Assembly (NCBI GenBank): GCA_965243135.1
Contig: OZ251539.1
Coordinates: 4,704,001-4,768,000, forward strand
Source: Alphaproteobacteria bacterium
Lineage (GTDB): Bacteria; Pseudomonadota; Alphaproteobacteria; MPNO01; UBA830
DNA length: 64,000 bases
Direction: 5' to 3'
The position numbers and the translations under genes are program-made. Position 1 is the first letter of the stretch. Each line of letters starts with the position of its first letter. Positions 61,420 to 64,000 of the stretch are shown here, piece by piece. The notes below the pieces were generated by a model, which saw nothing but the letters and a program-made list of their open reading frames with translations, was not told where the DNA came from and made no database searches.

Positions 61420-62049
61420 CTACGCCGTTTTGTTCCTCCTGGAAATCTCGATGATATGACAACCATATTCCCAAGTTTTGTGGTCGTTTTTTCTCGACGA
61501 TTTCTTTATTTTTCTGTACGCGGACCAGTTCAAGTAAGTATTCATGGTGTCGCGAAGGTCTTCCTCTATAGCGTCAAATCTATTGTTCAGGTGATTATTC
61601 GGCTGGAGAGGCGCTTCATAATATACAACAAAAAATCCGCGTTGCATGGCTCCGCCATTCTTGGGGCCATATTTTTCAACAATTTGCTGAATTTCTTGTA
61701 AATCTTTAACGCAACTATCTCTAGTCCACTTGCGCTTTACCTCTACGACGCTTATGGGTTTTCCCTTACCATTCAGCATTGCGATATCGACTCGATTTCT
61801 TGGATTCAACGCCTTGCGCGCAGAACGGCGTTTAACGTCGCTCGCTTGATGAATATTCTCGATCGAAAACTCCAGTTTGAGACTCTCTTTTTCTTGTTTC
61901 TTCTGCAACTCGTCCGCGATTTTCACAACGAGAAGGCTTTCAACGCCTGCTTCTCCGATCCAGTCTCCTGACCACTTCAAATAATCCTTATGCGCCTGAA
62001 AAACGCCATTGAATATAGCCATTCTGGCCTTTTCTTTTGTTAACGCCAT
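61420..62049 (-). CDS. Putative PD-(D/E)XK nuclease-fold protein (AT-rich cargo)
   Basis: GVESLL...NRVDIAML...VVEVKR...KDL pattern; GGAGGA SD before MALTKEK. Confidence 0.6.
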   Translation of the reverse strand: MALTKEKARMAIFNGVFQAHKDYLKWSGDWIGEAGVESLLVVKIADELQKKQEKESLKLEFSIENIHQASDVKRRSARKALNPRNRVDIAMLNGKGKPISVVEVKRKWTRDSCVKDLQEIQQIVEKYGPKNGGAMQRGFFVVYYEAPLQPNNHLNNRFDAIEEDLRDTMNTYLNWSAYRKIKKSSRKNDHKTWEYGCHIIEISRRNKTA

Positions 62050-62794
62050 CGGTGTCCTCCACAACGAATTTCTGGATGGCAGAAGATCCCTCTAACAATT
62101 TCGAAGCGCAGGCTATCCTCTGTCATAAGGGCAGTATAGCGGTGGTTGGACCGGCGAGTCAAGGTGCCGGGCGACGGCGTTTGCCGCAGGAAGTCGGAAG
62201 TCCGCCTCGCTCGACCGGACGAGTGGGCCAAGTGGGAGGTCTCGTTCGAAAGAATTGCTACTTGGGGTTCATACGTTTCGCTAGCTGCGGGTTTGCGGTA
62301 CGTGGTCGCATGGCGTGGTCTGGCGCTTGTAGGTGGCACCTTCAAGCGCCGGCCGCGGAATCGTCGGCTGAAAGCCCGAGCAACGGTTCTAGCGCCTGTG
62401 CCAACACGTGCTTCGCGTTGCTGACGAAGCGCTGCTGGTCCCGCAGCGTCGTTGTCGCGGATGCTGCGCTGCCTCAGCGACGACCGGCACGCGCATCGTG
62501 TCGACGGCAACCCGGTCCATATTCTCCTTCTTGAAGTGTCTCCGAACCATAAACTTGTCGAGCTCGTCGGCGTTGCAATCAACCCGGATTATGTCCCCGC
62601 GATTATGCGAAGCTCGTGATACAGGAACCAGCCGTACTCGTCGCCCGTGAGCACCTCGCTGTGAACGGCGTCGATTCTCACGATGCGATCGGAACTGACG
62701 ATGATCCGCTCGGTCGTTCCCGGCTTGCAGAAGCTGATGAACTTTATTCTTCTCCCTCCAGCGTGGCGCCCATGCCCTTGAGATGCGCGACCAT

Positions 62795-62967
62795 CAGCAA
62801 TTCCCGCTAAGGATCCGTGGAAAATGTGGGGTTTCAGAAAAATTTTTCGTGGACTTTTCTGGGTAGTGCGATTTGCCTGAGGGATTTGTCGCGGCGGCTT
62901 GTCCATTGGTAATTTCGCCTTCTCGGCGCACCTTCCGGACATGCGGCCGCCTTAGCGGGAATTGCTG
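62795..62967 (-). mobile_element. MITE copy 2 (~173 bp), inverted
   Basis: Perfect 16-bp TIRs CAGCAATTCCCGCTAA / TTAGCGGGAATTGCTG. Confidence 0.88.
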
Positions 62968-63368
62968 GAACTGCGATACCTGCCGCAAGGCGCTGCGACA
63001 GCTGGAAGCCGAAGGGTTTCACGACCTGCGCAGCGACGGCCTGGCCGGAGGCGATTTCGCGAAATGGGCGCTCGGCCGGAGGAAGCCGCTCAATCGCCGC
63101 AGTGCCGCTTGGACGCGGCCTCGCCGACAAGACCGGGTTGGACGCCGCAAGGGCGGCAACGCTTACGTTGGCCAACCCCGCAAAGCGCCCGGCATTCGAC
63201 GCGGGCGAATTGGTCGGGTTCGGCGACGCTCAGCGGCAAGCGTTGAGCGGCGGATTTTTCGTCCGTTCGAGCTTGACGCCGGACAAGCGGGCATTCGCTC
63301 CGAGGCCTGCGGCAGGCGGTCTCTCTTGCGGGGCATTGGCCGGCGAGCGCCCCGGCCTTGGGCAGCGG

Positions 63369-64000
63369 CTATGCGAATCTCTTCCAGAGCGCGCCGGACA
63401 GCCAACCAAGCCCGCACCAGAAGATCGCCGCGGTAACCAAGGAGGCGGCGGCGAATTGCGCCGCGAGTTCCGGAGGGACGGCGCCTCCCATCCGCTCCGG
63501 CTGCGGCGCGCCGATCAGGTGCGGCGCGGCGAGCAGGGCGATGCCGAGCGCGATCCAGACGGTGCCGCCGCGAAGCGCCATCGCCCAAAGCCCGGCGGCG
63601 GTGGCCGCGGCGCAGAGAAGCCACCATCCCTGCCGCGCCGTAAGTTCCGCCGCGAGGGTTCCCGGCACCTCCGGCGGCAGGCCGAGAGCCGGAGCGAGGT
63701 TAACGGTCGCGAACCCCGCGATTCCCCAGAGAACGCCGGTGCGTCCGTCCACCGGGCGGCCGGCCAGCGCGAAGCACGCCGCGAGAAGCAGCGCGAACCC
63801 GACGCCGGCAAGGACATTGGCCAGCGTCGTATAGAGCGCCCGTTCCAAGCCGCCGGTCGGGGCACCGGCCGGCGCGTCGCCGTGCGCGAACGCCCGGCCT
63901 GCGAACCGGACGCCGGAATCAAGCGCGCTGTGTCCGCTCTTCTCGAAGGTCTCGGCGTGAAGGATGAGCGGCGTGGTCGTCAGTTCCTGAACGGCCGAGA
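63369..64000 (-). CDS. cbtA: Cobalt transporter subunit CbtA (5' end outside window)
   Basis: TTPLILHAETFE, LAPALGLPPEVPG, ARQGWW, APHLIGAPQP. Confidence 0.85.
   Translation of the reverse strand, partial: SAVQELTTTPLILHAETFEKSGHSALDSGVRFAGRAFAHGDAPAGAPTGGLERALYTTLANVLAGVGFALLLAACFALAGRPVDGRTGVLWGIAGFATVNLAPALGLPPEVPGTLAAELTARQGWWLLCAAATAAGLWAMALRGGTVWIALGIALLAAPHLIGAPQPERMGGAVPPELAAQFAAASLVTAAIFWCGLGWLSGALWKRFA

Noticed and set aside
62400-62790. Protein-like fragment on the minus strand inside the MITE unit
   Set aside because: Broken across frames with no recognisable family; cannot support a call.
60376-63369. Cobalamin riboswitch or CRISPR array in the cob region gap
   Set aside because: The repeats are two inverted MITE copies, not a repeat-spacer array; no B12-box recognised, and the cbtA leader lies outside the window.

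Overview
High-GC alphaproteobacterial chromosome segment, Rhodospirillales-like by gene order (inference). The backbone is ordinary: lutAB, gshB, rsmI/lpoA, hemW-rdgB-rph, hrcA-grpE-dnaK-dnaJ-dapB, ada, nth, secB, msrA, a Mn-type ABC transporter with MntR-like boxes, a CoA-dependent catabolic operon with a haloalkane dehalogenase, and late cobalamin genes. Accessory DNA interrupts it at several points. (1) A ~10 kb island between the normally adjacent rph and hrcA, bracketed by two transposases. It carries a compact triceptide-type RiPP locus (radical SAM/SPASM enzyme, 52-aa precursor ending YNRTYHRHNR, 2OG-Fe(II) oxygenase, HExxH enzyme) with no exporter or protease, overlapping tail-to-tail with a Septu-like ATPase+HNH pair. 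This is the best candidate for an undescribed system: an intracellular, possibly anti-phage RiPP. (2) A cassette downstream of rsmI with a ~385-bp duplication of the rsmI 3' end, a type ISP R-M remnant and an AAA ATPase+DUF4276 pair. (3) A 2.5-kb unit bounded by two inverted ~175-bp MITEs and a 9-bp target duplication, carrying a PD-(D/E)XK-like gene. (4) Smaller IS and paralog remnants. No rRNA, tRNA or CRISPR array was seen. All family assignments come from motif recognition by eye, not database searches.
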